NCBI GenBank assembly: GCA_045616665.1
Contig: JAZLHE010000044.1
Span: 1,944 to 65,943 of the forward strand
Direction: 5' to 3'
DNA: 64,000 bases
DNA from: Bacteroidales bacterium
GTDB taxonomy: Bacteria > Bacteroidota > Bacteroidia > Bacteroidales > WCHB1-69
The notes under the pieces are model-generated. The model was given only the letters and a program-made list of their open reading frames with translations. It was not told the origin of the DNA and did not search any database. The position numbers and the translations under genes are program-made. This document shows, one piece after another, positions 19,231-28,050 of this stretch. Within the stretch, counting starts at the first letter, position 1; each line of letters opens with the position of its first letter.

Positions 19231-20025
19231 ATGAAAAAAATCTATATTTTTATCTTGTTGGCAGTTATATTGTCCGCCTGTCATCGAAAAGAAGAAAATC
19301 AAGACTTAAAGCAAGAAGAAATGATAAACGAAGAATGCCTTATTTGTAAAGAACATCTTATTTATTTAGAAAAAGAAGAAATGATGGAATGTGCCGTTTG
19401 CCACCAACAATTCAGCAGCAAGACACGTTGTGCCAACGGACATTTCGTCTGCGATGATTGTCATAGGTCAGGTATTGATTCGATTTTCCAATTTTGTCTT
19501 CAGGAAACCTCGAAAAATCCCGTTGAAATCTTGGAAAAGATGATGAAAATGTCCTTTTGCCACATGCACGGTCCCGAACATCATATATTGGTCGGTTCTG
19601 CGTTGCTTACCGCTTATAAAAATGCCGGTGGCGACATTGACCTTTCGGATGCTTTACTTGAAATGATGAAACGTGGAAAACAAGTACCTGGCGGAGCCTG
19701 TGGTTACTGGGGTGCTTGCGGTGCCGGCATCAGTACGGGAATGTTCGTCTCCATCATCAGTAAAGCCACTCCGATGAGTGAAGAGTCCTGGGGACTTTCC
19801 AACCTGATGACTTCGCAGGCATTAGAGAGATTGGGTTCCATTGGTGGTCCACGCTGCTGTAAACGAGATTCATATCTTTCTATTTTGGCAGCCATTGATT
19901 TTGTCAAAGAACATTTCAATGTTGAAATGGAAAAGAACGAAATTCACTGCAGTCGTCATCAACTCAACAATCAGTGCATTGGCAGTCGCTGCCCTTTTAA
20001 TCCTGAGTATAAAGGAGAAAAGTAA
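19231..20025 (+). CDS. Cys-rich putative metal/Fe-S-binding lipoprotein (DUF5714-like?)
   Basis: Lipobox LLAVILSAC. CxxC-x19-CxxC-x10-CxxxxxCxxC cluster, later GGACGYWGACGAG and GPRCC motifs. The family name is from memory only. Confidence 0.4.
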   Translation: MKKIYIFILLAVILSACHRKEENQDLKQEEMINEECLICKEHLIYLEKEEMMECAVCHQQFSSKTRCANGHFVCDDCHRSGIDSIFQFCLQETSKNPVEILEKMMKMSFCHMHGPEHHILVGSALLTAYKNAGGDIDLSDALLEMMKRGKQVPGGACGYWGACGAGISTGMFVSIISKATPMSEESWGLSNLMTSQALERLGSIGGPRCCKRDSYLSILAAIDFVKEHFNVEMEKNEIHCSRHQLNNQCIGSRCPFNPEYKGEK

Positions 20026-20206
20026 AGATCTGGGGTTCTTTCATATCGCTTCCGACATCAGTCTCGGCGAACAATTCAGAATAACTTGTATGAGACTATA
20101 AGTGCTTTGTCGTCCGCGGGTGTTGAATCTGCCCTTTTTTAGAAAAATAAGTCCAATTATGGTCTAATGTAAAAGTTTTTGTATCTTTGCATTTTAAATG
20201 TATAAG

Positions 20207-21097
20207 ATGAAAAAGAATCTGTTTACGATAGCATTAAAGTGGGGCGCACTCTTGGGGATTACCCTCGCAGGTTGTGAAGTGGTTAAGATGATGGCTCGAA
20301 ATATCAATTATGATGCCGGTGCGATCTTCAGCATTTTGCTCCTTATCGTGCTGATCCTTTTCCTTTATGGCGCTGCCAAGGAATTTCGTGACGATTTGCA
20401 AGAGGGGTATATTCGCTTCCCGAAGGCTTTCGGCGTTGGCGCCGTGACCATTGTCGTCACCTTCGTCCTGATGTTCGCATATATGCTCGTTCATTATCAG
20501 TTTATTGATAAAAATGGACTTGAACAAATCAATGCGAAAAATGTCGAAAGATTTTATCAACGTACCGAGGAAGAAGTGATTTCGGACGAAATGGTTGCCG
20601 TCTATTTGTCCCAAACCGATTCGATAGTGCGAAAAAATTATCAGTCGCTCGTTGAAAACGGTAATATTCAGTCTTCCTGTGCCGATTTTACCCGCGAAAA
20701 TATAGAGGTGATTCTTAAGGCCTACCACGAACGGGTTACCCTCAAGTCAAAAGTGGATACCATCCATTTTACTTATAAAAATTTCCCCGAATTCGCCCAA
20801 CTGACTTATATGGACGTATATCAGAAACTGTTGTCCAACGCCAACCAAAGCGACAGTTGCTTTAAGGATTTGTCAGTTCTGGTCAACAACTCACATAACG
20901 AAATGACACAAGTCAACATCGTGGATTACGTTTATCAGCAGAGCAAAGACAAGGTTCCCCATTACACATCCATCTTGCCTGTGTCTCTGTCATACGCCTT
21001 CTCGGTGTTGCTGTATGGCTTGTTCGTCAATATCTTTGTGGCTTTGTATGTGGCCAAACGACGTGAAATCGATAACGATACTCTGCCCAAAGATTAA
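20207..21097 (+). CDS. Multi-pass membrane protein (DUF4199-like N- and C-terminal TM regions with a soluble insert)
   Basis: Start at MKKNLFTIALKWGALLG, downstream of the -7 box TATCTTTG at 20182-20189. Precedes a GT2 gene, as DUF4199 genes often do in Bacteroidota. Confidence 0.45.
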   Translation: MKKNLFTIALKWGALLGITLAGCEVVKMMARNINYDAGAIFSILLLIVLILFLYGAAKEFRDDLQEGYIRFPKAFGVGAVTIVVTFVLMFAYMLVHYQFIDKNGLEQINAKNVERFYQRTEEEVISDEMVAVYLSQTDSIVRKNYQSLVENGNIQSSCADFTRENIEVILKAYHERVTLKSKVDTIHFTYKNFPEFAQLTYMDVYQKLLSNANQSDSCFKDLSVLVNNSHNEMTQVNIVDYVYQQSKDKVPHYTSILPVSLSYAFSVLLYGLFVNIFVALYVAKRREIDNDTLPKD

Positions 21098-21128
21098 ATT
21101 TTTACAGATAATTAAAATTGAAAATAAA

Positions 21129-22097
21129 ATGAATATTTCCGTCATTGTTCCTTTGTTGAATGAAGCTGAATCATTGCCAGAATTAACCTCTTGGATTGAG
21201 CGTGTGATGAATGAAAATCATTTTTCATACGAAGTGCTGATGATTGATGATGGCTCTACTGACGATTCCTGGAAGATTATTGAAGAACTAAATGCTAAAA
21301 ATCCAGCTCTTCGTGGTATCAGATTTAGAAGAAATTACGGCAAGTCCGCTGCCTTGAATGTGGGCTTTGAGGCCTGTGGCGGCGACGTGGTGATTACAAT
21401 GGATGCCGATTTGCAGGATAGTCCCGATGAAATTCCCGACTTGTACCAGATGATTACAAAAGAGGGTTACGATTTGGTTTCTGGCTGGAAAAAGGTGAGA
21501 TATGATTCCAAATTGGCAAAAAATATTCCGTCTAAGTTTTTTAACTGGACGACACGGAAAATGTCGGGAATTAAACTCCACGACTTTAATTGCGGCTTGA
21601 AGGCTTATCGTAAGGATGTGGTAAAGTCTATTGAAGTTTATGGCGAAATGCACCGTTATATTCCTGTAATCGCAAAATGGGCAGGCTTTGCCAATATCGG
21701 TGAAAAGGTCGTTCATCACCAGAAAAGAAAATATGGCGTTACCAAATTCGGTTGGGATCGATTTGTCAATGGTTTCTTGGATTTACTGACGATTTCTTTC
21801 GTGTCAAAATACGGGAAAAAACCTATGCACTTTTTCGGTCTGCGCGGAACCTTGGCTTTCTTGGTAGGTGGTGTGATCGTCCTTTGGCTGATTATCCAGA
21901 AGTTGGTCAACCTGCACAATCACGTGGCCAATTTCCGTCAGGTTACCGATCAGCCGTTGTTCTATATCGCCCTTTTGGCTATGGTTTTGGGTATGATGCT
22001 GTTCCTGGCCGGTTTCCTCGGTGAAATGATTGCCCGTTCTTCTTCAGATAGAAATAAATACCAGATTTCAACCCGCTTGGGCTTAGATAAAAAATAA
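21129..22097 (+). CDS. Family 2 glycosyltransferase (membrane-anchored, polyprenol-phosphate glycosyltransferase-like)
   Basis: Start at MNISVIVPLLNEAESL. DADLQD motif. Two C-terminal TM helices. Confidence 0.85.
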   Translation: MNISVIVPLLNEAESLPELTSWIERVMNENHFSYEVLMIDDGSTDDSWKIIEELNAKNPALRGIRFRRNYGKSAALNVGFEACGGDVVITMDADLQDSPDEIPDLYQMITKEGYDLVSGWKKVRYDSKLAKNIPSKFFNWTTRKMSGIKLHDFNCGLKAYRKDVVKSIEVYGEMHRYIPVIAKWAGFANIGEKVVHHQKRKYGVTKFGWDRFVNGFLDLLTISFVSKYGKKPMHFFGLRGTLAFLVGGVIVLWLIIQKLVNLHNHVANFRQVTDQPLFYIALLAMVLGMMLFLAGFLGEMIARSSSDRNKYQISTRLGLDKK

Positions 22098-22098
22098 A

Positions 22099-22473
22099 AT
22101 GAAAGCATCTCACTTGTCTGGAATGGTGGTGCGCGGATTGCAGAATGGCCGGCGTTTTGGCTTCCCAACCATCAATGTGAGGCTGAATGCCGATTGCTGT
22201 TGGGACGAGGTGGGCGTGTTTGCGGCTAAAGTGGTGTTGCAGGGCCAAAGCTATAACGGGATGATGTATGTCGGAACCCGTCCAACGCTCAACCTGACAG
22301 AAAAAACCATCGAGATTAATCTCTTTGATTATGATGGGGATTGCTATGATGAACAGGTGGATGTTTGTGTGGGACAGAAAATCAGGGGAGAGCAAAAATT
22401 CGCTTCGATAGATGAACTGATTCTTCAGTTGAAACAAGATCAAAATGAAATTCTTCAATTACTTCATAAGTAG
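22099..22473 (+). CDS. Stand-alone riboflavin kinase domain protein
   Basis: 124 aa. GRRFGFPTINV, GMMYVGTRPT and EINLFDYDGDCY motifs matching the RibF C-terminal kinase domain. No FAD-synthetase domain. Confidence 0.7.
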   Translation: MKASHLSGMVVRGLQNGRRFGFPTINVRLNADCCWDEVGVFAAKVVLQGQSYNGMMYVGTRPTLNLTEKTIEINLFDYDGDCYDEQVDVCVGQKIRGEQKFASIDELILQLKQDQNEILQLLHK

Positions 22474-23077
22474 TTTTTTAGCAGTGTTGTTGCTATGTAA
22501 CGGCAGCGTTTCGGCGCAAAAAGTCCGTTATGCCTACGACTCTAACGACGATGGAACGGTTTACAAATCATTGGAAGAGGCCTTGGCCAATCCAGACAAG
22601 GTCTATCGTCTGAAATTAGTGAATAAACGTCGAATGGATTCGCTGCCGGAAAAGATTTTCCAACTGAAAAATCTGCGCGAGTTGACGGTCAAGGGTTGTA
22701 AATTAAATGTGCTGAATCAACACATAAGCCAATTGTCAAAATTGATTTATCTGAACGTGAGCTGCAATCATCTGGTGCGTTTGCCGCAAACCATTGGCGA
22801 TATGACGCAGCTGAAAGGTTTGGTCATCAGCAGAAATAAGATTTATGAGTTGCCGGAAACAATGGGCACGATGAGAAGTCTCGAAATCTTGGATGCTTGG
22901 GACAATCCCTTGTATGTCTTGCCGGAATCGATATCCCAATTGTCTGAAAGTCTGAAGATTTTTGACTTGCGGCAGGTGGCTGTGCGGGAAGAAGAACTGG
23001 AAAAAATGGAAAAATTATTGCCCAAAACCAATATTCTGACGACTTCCTATTGCGATTGCTCCAAAGGCGATAGATAA
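22445..23077 (+). CDS. Secreted leucine-rich repeat protein
   Basis: Signal peptide ending SVSAQ. Several LxxLxxLxLxxNxL repeats. Overlaps the previous gene by 29 nt. Confidence 0.75.
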   Translation: MKFFNYFISSFLAVLLLCNGSVSAQKVRYAYDSNDDGTVYKSLEEALANPDKVYRLKLVNKRRMDSLPEKIFQLKNLRELTVKGCKLNVLNQHISQLSKLIYLNVSCNHLVRLPQTIGDMTQLKGLVISRNKIYELPETMGTMRSLEILDAWDNPLYVLPESISQLSESLKIFDLRQVAVREEELEKMEKLLPKTNILTTSYCDCSKGDR

Positions 23078-24268
23078 TCAGTAAAGAAAATTATTGTACG
23101 GATAAATCTGAATGTGCAATTTCTTCACTTCCTCGTAAAGCAAATTTCTGAATTCATCGATATTGTCCTTTTCGGTAGCCGAAATGAAGATTGTCTTGTT
23201 TTTGCTTTTGGCCATCCAGGTGGCTTTCAATTCTTCTAACGTGATATTGCTCTTGTCTTTGGGCGTGAGATCATCGGGTTCTTTTTCAACCCAATGATAA
23301 TTGTCTATCTTATTGAAAATTAATATCATAGGTTTCCCTCCGGCATTAAGTTCCTCTAAGGTTTGATTAACGACGGCAATCTGTTCCTCAAACTCGGGAT
23401 GGCTGATGTCCACGACGTGCAGCAGCAAGTCGGTTTCTCGGATTTCATCCAAAGTGGATTTGAAGGATTCAACCAAGGTGTGGGGCAGTTTGCGGATAAA
23501 GCCAACCGTGTCGGAAAGCAGGAAAGGCAGATTGTTGATGACCACTTTGCGGACGGTGGTGTCGAGCGTGGCAAAAAGCTTGTTTTCGGCAAAAACGTCC
23601 GATTTGCTGATGAGGTTCATAATGGTCGATTTGCCTACGTTGGTGTAACCCACAAGGGCGACACGAACAAATTTCTCACGGTTTCCACGCTGTGTAAACT
23701 TTTGTCTGTCAATGTCTTTTAGCTTCTCTTTCAGAAGAGAAATCCGGTCGCGGATAATACGGCGGTCGGTTTCGATTTCCTTTTCTCCAGGTCCACGCAT
23801 TCCGATGCCGCCTCGTTGTTTCTCCAAGTGCGTCCACATACCGGTCAAACGGGGTAGAAGATATTGATACTGAGCTAATTCAACTTGAACCTTGGCGTGT
23901 GCCGTTTGGGCTCTTTTGGCAAAAATATCCAAGATGAGGTGGGTGCGGTCCATAATCTTACAACCCAGCACCTTTTCGATGTTGCGGTTCTGCGAAGGTG
24001 TCAGTTCATCGTCGAAGATGGCAAGGTCTATTTTATGTTCAGACACGTAATCGCGCACTTCGTTTAATTTGCCGCTGCCCAAGTAGGTTTTGGGGTCGGG
24101 GTAGGGCAGGTTTTGGGTAAAGTGCTTATCGGGAATCCCGCCGGCAGTATCCACCAAAAATGCGAGTTCTGTAAGATACTCTTCCACTTTTTCAGCCGTT
24201 ACGGAAGGTGTGCAAACACCAACGAGGATGGCGGTTTCTTGTTTGATATCGGAGGGTTGTATAGGCAT
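23078..24268 (-). CDS. hflX: GTPase HflX
   Basis: G1 GYTNVGKST, G3 DTVGF, G4 NKID. Start moved to MPIQPSDIK (ATG 24268) because a -7 box lies at 24314-24321, inside the longer ORF. Confidence 0.9.
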   Translation of the reverse strand: MPIQPSDIKQETAILVGVCTPSVTAEKVEEYLTELAFLVDTAGGIPDKHFTQNLPYPDPKTYLGSGKLNEVRDYVSEHKIDLAIFDDELTPSQNRNIEKVLGCKIMDRTHLILDIFAKRAQTAHAKVQVELAQYQYLLPRLTGMWTHLEKQRGGIGMRGPGEKEIETDRRIIRDRISLLKEKLKDIDRQKFTQRGNREKFVRVALVGYTNVGKSTIMNLISKSDVFAENKLFATLDTTVRKVVINNLPFLLSDTVGFIRKLPHTLVESFKSTLDEIRETDLLLHVVDISHPEFEEQIAVVNQTLEELNAGGKPMILIFNKIDNYHWVEKEPDDLTPKDKSNITLEELKATWMAKSKNKTIFISATEKDNIDEFRNLLYEEVKKLHIQIYPYNNFLY

Positions 24269-24313
24269 TTTTCGCTTGCTTTTTGACGGTTTTGTTCTTC
24301 CGTAATGAAAGTG

Positions 24314-24321
24314 CAAAATTA
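24314..24321 (-). promoter_or_regulatory. -7 box (TAATTTTG on minus strand) for hflX
   Basis: The reverse complement of caaaatta matches TAnnTTTG. Confidence 0.45.
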
Positions 24322-24553
24322 ATAAAAATTGAAGACTCTACATCTGTCGGCACTAAATTTCGCAGCCATCCGCTTTGATTTATCACACCTTCGCTTGATA
24401 GGCGAAGAATATAGGCATTCTTCGTTCTTAATCTCTTAGTTTCTTAATTTCTTAATTATGTATATAATTTTGCGAACGAATAGATATAATTTTGTTGCTT
24501 TTTTGTATAAAAAGGAATATCTTTGCAGCATCAATAAAGTATATTGAAATTTT

Positions 24554-25087
24554 ATGAATTTTGAAGAGAAAATACATCAGGATCTGCATCACTTTTTGTT
24601 GATGGAAGGGGAAGTGGGTGAACGTTTGTCCGAAAGCCCCGATATCAACGACAAGTGGTCCTCTGTTGCCGAGTCTTATCTTCCCGATGGATTACGAGAG
24701 TTTCGTGATTATCCGGCTGTGAGTCTAGGATGGATGATGTATGTCGGAATGGCGGTAGCCCAGTGTTGGGATGAAGATTGGCAAATTTATGGCAATATGC
24801 CAGATCTCTATACTTATCTGCGTGATAAAGAAGGATTTGACCTTATGGATGAATATGTCCGTCGAACCGTGTTACGCTTGAAAACGCCTGCCTACGACGA
24901 AACGGAACAGTTGGTGCAGCAGTGTGCCGAAAGAACTTTGTCGGCCTTACGTCGCGAACCGTTGGAGTCTGGTACCAAAGAAGCCTTCGACGCGTATGTG
25001 GCTTGCCTTAGGCAACTCTACCAAATGGGAGCTGCCGTTCAATTACATCGGCTGAATTATCGAATGGAAAATTTATGTCTGTGTTAA
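24554..25087 (+). CDS. Hypothetical protein (177 aa, acidic, no recognised motif)
   Basis: Clean ORF preceded by the -7 box TATCTTTG at 24518-24525. Confidence 0.5.
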   Translation: MNFEEKIHQDLHHFLLMEGEVGERLSESPDINDKWSSVAESYLPDGLREFRDYPAVSLGWMMYVGMAVAQCWDEDWQIYGNMPDLYTYLRDKEGFDLMDEYVRRTVLRLKTPAYDETEQLVQQCAERTLSALRREPLESGTKEAFDAYVACLRQLYQMGAAVQLHRLNYRMENLCLC

Positions 25088-25123
25088 AATTTTTATTAAC
25101 TTTGTCGAAAACAAATTTATTAT

Positions 25124-26155
25124 ATGAAAAAGAAAATTATTGTCACTGGTGGTACGGGTTATATTGGTTCACATACGTTGATAGAACTGATCAAAAATGA
25201 TGAGTTTGAACCGATTGCGGTGGATAGTTGCGTCCGTTCTACTCCTGAAACAATTCAAAGGGTGGAGGCCATTACGGGTGTGCGTGTGAAACATTATCAG
25301 GTGGATATTTGTGATAAAAATGCTTTTTTTAATGTTTTTGAAGAGGAAAAAGAGGTGGTAGGCATCATTCATTTCGCGGCTTTTAAATGCGTGCCCGAGT
25401 CGGTTGAAAAACCACTGATGTATTATCATAATAATTTGCAATCTTTGGAAAATGTGTTGGAGGCCTGCGAAAAATTTCAATTGCAATATCTCATTTTCTC
25501 TTCGTCTGCTTCTATTTACGGCGATGTCAAGGAGTTGCCTGTCACGGAAAATACGCCGGTGGGAACCCCGTTCTGTCCATACGCCCATACCAAGCAAATC
25601 GGTGAGCAGATGATCCGTTTCTTTACACAGCAACATCCTCGCTTGCAAAGCGTTATCCTTCGCTATTTCAATCCTGTAGGTAACGATATGAGTGGTCTTA
25701 ATGGTGAATTGTCTCCCGATAAGCCCAATAACCTAATGCCTATTGTTACGCAGGTCGGCATTGGAAAAATGAAACAGTTGACGGTTTTTGGAATCGATTA
25801 CGATACTCGTGATGGTTCTTGCATTCGTGACTATATTCACGTTTGCGATATTGCCGATGCCCACGTGAAGGCCTTGCTTTTCCTTGAAAATCAGAAAAAT
25901 ACAAGTCGTTGTGAAACATTCAATCTGGGTAGCGGCAACGGCGTTTCCGTATTGGAAATGATTGATGCCTTTGAAAAGGTCAATGGAGTCAAACTTAACT
26001 ATGTTTTAGGCGAACGTCGTCCCGGTGATGTGCCGGCTATCTATAGTGACAGCAGTCGCGCCAATCAATTGCTTGGTTGGAAATGCCGATACGGTATCAA
26101 TGAGATGGTGGAGTCGGCCTGGAAGTGGGAAAAGCATTTGGCACAGGAACATTAG
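25124..26155 (+). CDS. galE: UDP-glucose 4-epimerase
   Basis: GGTGYIGSH Rossmann motif and YAHTK (YxxxK). -7 box TAACTTTG at 25097-25104. Confidence 0.92.
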   Translation: MKKKIIVTGGTGYIGSHTLIELIKNDEFEPIAVDSCVRSTPETIQRVEAITGVRVKHYQVDICDKNAFFNVFEEEKEVVGIIHFAAFKCVPESVEKPLMYYHNNLQSLENVLEACEKFQLQYLIFSSSASIYGDVKELPVTENTPVGTPFCPYAHTKQIGEQMIRFFTQQHPRLQSVILRYFNPVGNDMSGLNGELSPDKPNNLMPIVTQVGIGKMKQLTVFGIDYDTRDGSCIRDYIHVCDIADAHVKALLFLENQKNTSRCETFNLGSGNGVSVLEMIDAFEKVNGVKLNYVLGERRPGDVPAIYSDSSRANQLLGWKCRYGINEMVESAWKWEKHLAQEH

Positions 26156-26177
26156 AATTCTATTCATAGGAAGAAAA

Positions 26178-27281
26178 ATGAAAATTAAGGAAGTTAAAAC
26201 TCCTAAAGAAATTCGTGAATTTATTCGATTTCCGAAAGAATTGTACCATCATTGTCCGTATTATGTGCCGCCTTTGGATCAGGGAGAGTACAATACGCTG
26301 ACTAAGCATCCTGCTTTGTCGTTTTGTGAACTGAAAATGTGGTTGGCCTATCAAAACGGCAGAGTGGTAGGTCGAATCGCAGGCATTATCAATCGTAAGT
26401 GCAACGAAATCAAGCAACAGCAGCGAATCCGTTTCGCTTGGTTTGATGTCGTGAACGATCTGGAAGTGGCCCGTGCTTTGTTCCAAAAGGTGGAAGATTG
26501 GGGACGGCAAAACCGTTTGACGGAAATTTGTGGTCCTTCGCGTTTCTCCAATATGGAAAAACAAGCTATGCTTATTGACGGTTTTGACCATACCGTTTCT
26601 ATTGGCGCGGATTATAATTTCCCGTATTATCCCCAACTGATTGAGCAACTTGGATTTGAAAAAGAAGTGGATTACATACAATATAGAGTGAAAGTGGGAC
26701 AAATTCCCGAAAAATTTTCAAAATTGGCCACGCTTTTGTCTGAAAGATACAATGTCCGGTTGCGAAAATTTAAAAATAAACAGGAGTTGAGACAATGTGG
26801 AATGGAATATTTCCAGTTGATCAATCAAAGTTACGTTGATATTTTTAATTTTATTCCTCTGACAGATGAAGAGATAAAATGGACTATTAATGAGAATTTT
26901 CAGGTGGCGAATGTCGATTTGTCATCGGTGTTGGAAGATGAAAACGGACGTGTCGTTGGCTTTGCTTTCTGTTTGCCTTCTTTGAGTGAAGCCTTTCAAA
27001 AAGCGAAGGGAAAATTATTTCCGTTGGGTTGGCGTCATATATATAAGGCATTGAAAAAGAATAAGTTGGTAGATATGTATATTACGGGTGTATTGCCGGA
27101 ATATCTACATTCGGGCATACACGCCATTTATCATCGTCAGTTACACGAGAATTTCTTGAAAATGGGTTTCGAGTATGCGTTGGCTTCTCAGCAATTGGAA
27201 ACTAATGTGGCAGCTCGCATCTGGAATAAATATGATTCTGAACCTTATTTTAAAAGACGTTGTTATAAGAAGGAATTGTGA
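26178..27281 (+). CDS. Conserved hypothetical, possibly GNAT-fold acyltransferase
   Basis: Start at MKIKEVKTPKEIREF (ATG 26178). The longer ORF-track start overlaps galE. The family assignment rests on weak recollection only. Confidence 0.4.
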   Translation: MKIKEVKTPKEIREFIRFPKELYHHCPYYVPPLDQGEYNTLTKHPALSFCELKMWLAYQNGRVVGRIAGIINRKCNEIKQQQRIRFAWFDVVNDLEVARALFQKVEDWGRQNRLTEICGPSRFSNMEKQAMLIDGFDHTVSIGADYNFPYYPQLIEQLGFEKEVDYIQYRVKVGQIPEKFSKLATLLSERYNVRLRKFKNKQELRQCGMEYFQLINQSYVDIFNFIPLTDEEIKWTINENFQVANVDLSSVLEDENGRVVGFAFCLPSLSEAFQKAKGKLFPLGWRHIYKALKKNKLVDMYITGVLPEYLHSGIHAIYHRQLHENFLKMGFEYALASQQLETNVAARIWNKYDSEPYFKRRCYKKEL

Positions 27282-27349
27282 TGTCCATCTGAAATTATCG
27301 TTGCCTTTTCAAGATTTAAGTCAACCGGCATTTAAAGTTTGCGCAGTGA

Positions 27350-28024
27350 TCAAAACAAATGAAGGAGGAGTGTACTTTTGTATCCCATCCATACCGAAAA
27401 TGCGACAAACAGCAAAGCCCAAAGGAAAGCCGGAGTATGGGTGAATTTGGCCAAGTTGGTTGCGTCACCGGCAGCATTGGAATCCTTGATGCTTAAAAAC
27501 AAAAGGATAAAGGAGGATGACACGGCTTCCATCATAATGACAATGGCGTAAAAAAGTGCGGCTAAGTCGATGTACTGCGACTGATTGGCGTAAATGATCC
27601 AGCCGTTGAATCCGCAAAACAGTAAAATCCAGACCACGCCGTAGCCGTTTCTGATCCAAAACACCAGCATAAGCAAGAATAGTACCGAAAGTCCCACGAT
27701 TAAACCATATTGATAGCCGACTTCATTGAGATAACAGCAGAAATAGCCGACGGCTGCGGCGAAGGGATAACCGGCCAACGATACCAGGATATTGCCCAAA
27801 AGGTTAGGACATTGGGTGACGGTGTTACCTGAAGTGTCCTTCATTAATTCGATTTTTTTGACTTTACCCTGCATTAACAAGGCAAAGATGGCGTGTCCGA
27901 ATTCGTGGATGGCGGTGTTGATGATGTTGAAAAACTTTCCTATGACCGGAATTCGGGGTAAAATTAAAGCAATACCTATAAAAATATAGACTACAGGAAT
28001 ACCGTAAAAGTTTAAGTTTTCCAT
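27350..28024 (-). CDS. M50-like membrane metallopeptidase (DUF3267-type)
   Basis: 224 aa, multi-TM, with HEFGH zinc motif in the first TM region. Confidence 0.65.
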   Translation of the reverse strand: MENLNFYGIPVVYIFIGIALILPRIPVIGKFFNIINTAIHEFGHAIFALLMQGKVKKIELMKDTSGNTVTQCPNLLGNILVSLAGYPFAAAVGYFCCYLNEVGYQYGLIVGLSVLFLLMLVFWIRNGYGVVWILLFCGFNGWIIYANQSQYIDLAALFYAIVIMMEAVSSSFILLFLSIKDSNAAGDATNLAKFTHTPAFLWALLFVAFSVWMGYKSTLLLHLF

Positions 28025-28050
28025 TATTTTCTCCTTAGAATAGATGCCGC

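Noticed and set aside
24388-24425. Two adjacent small hairpins (cttcgc/gcgaag and gaagaat/attcttc) upstream of hflX
   Set aside because: They lie upstream of the predicted hflX -7 box, so they are not in its leader. The stems are short, there is no T-run, and there is no resemblance to a known riboswitch or attenuator. This is insufficient for a call.
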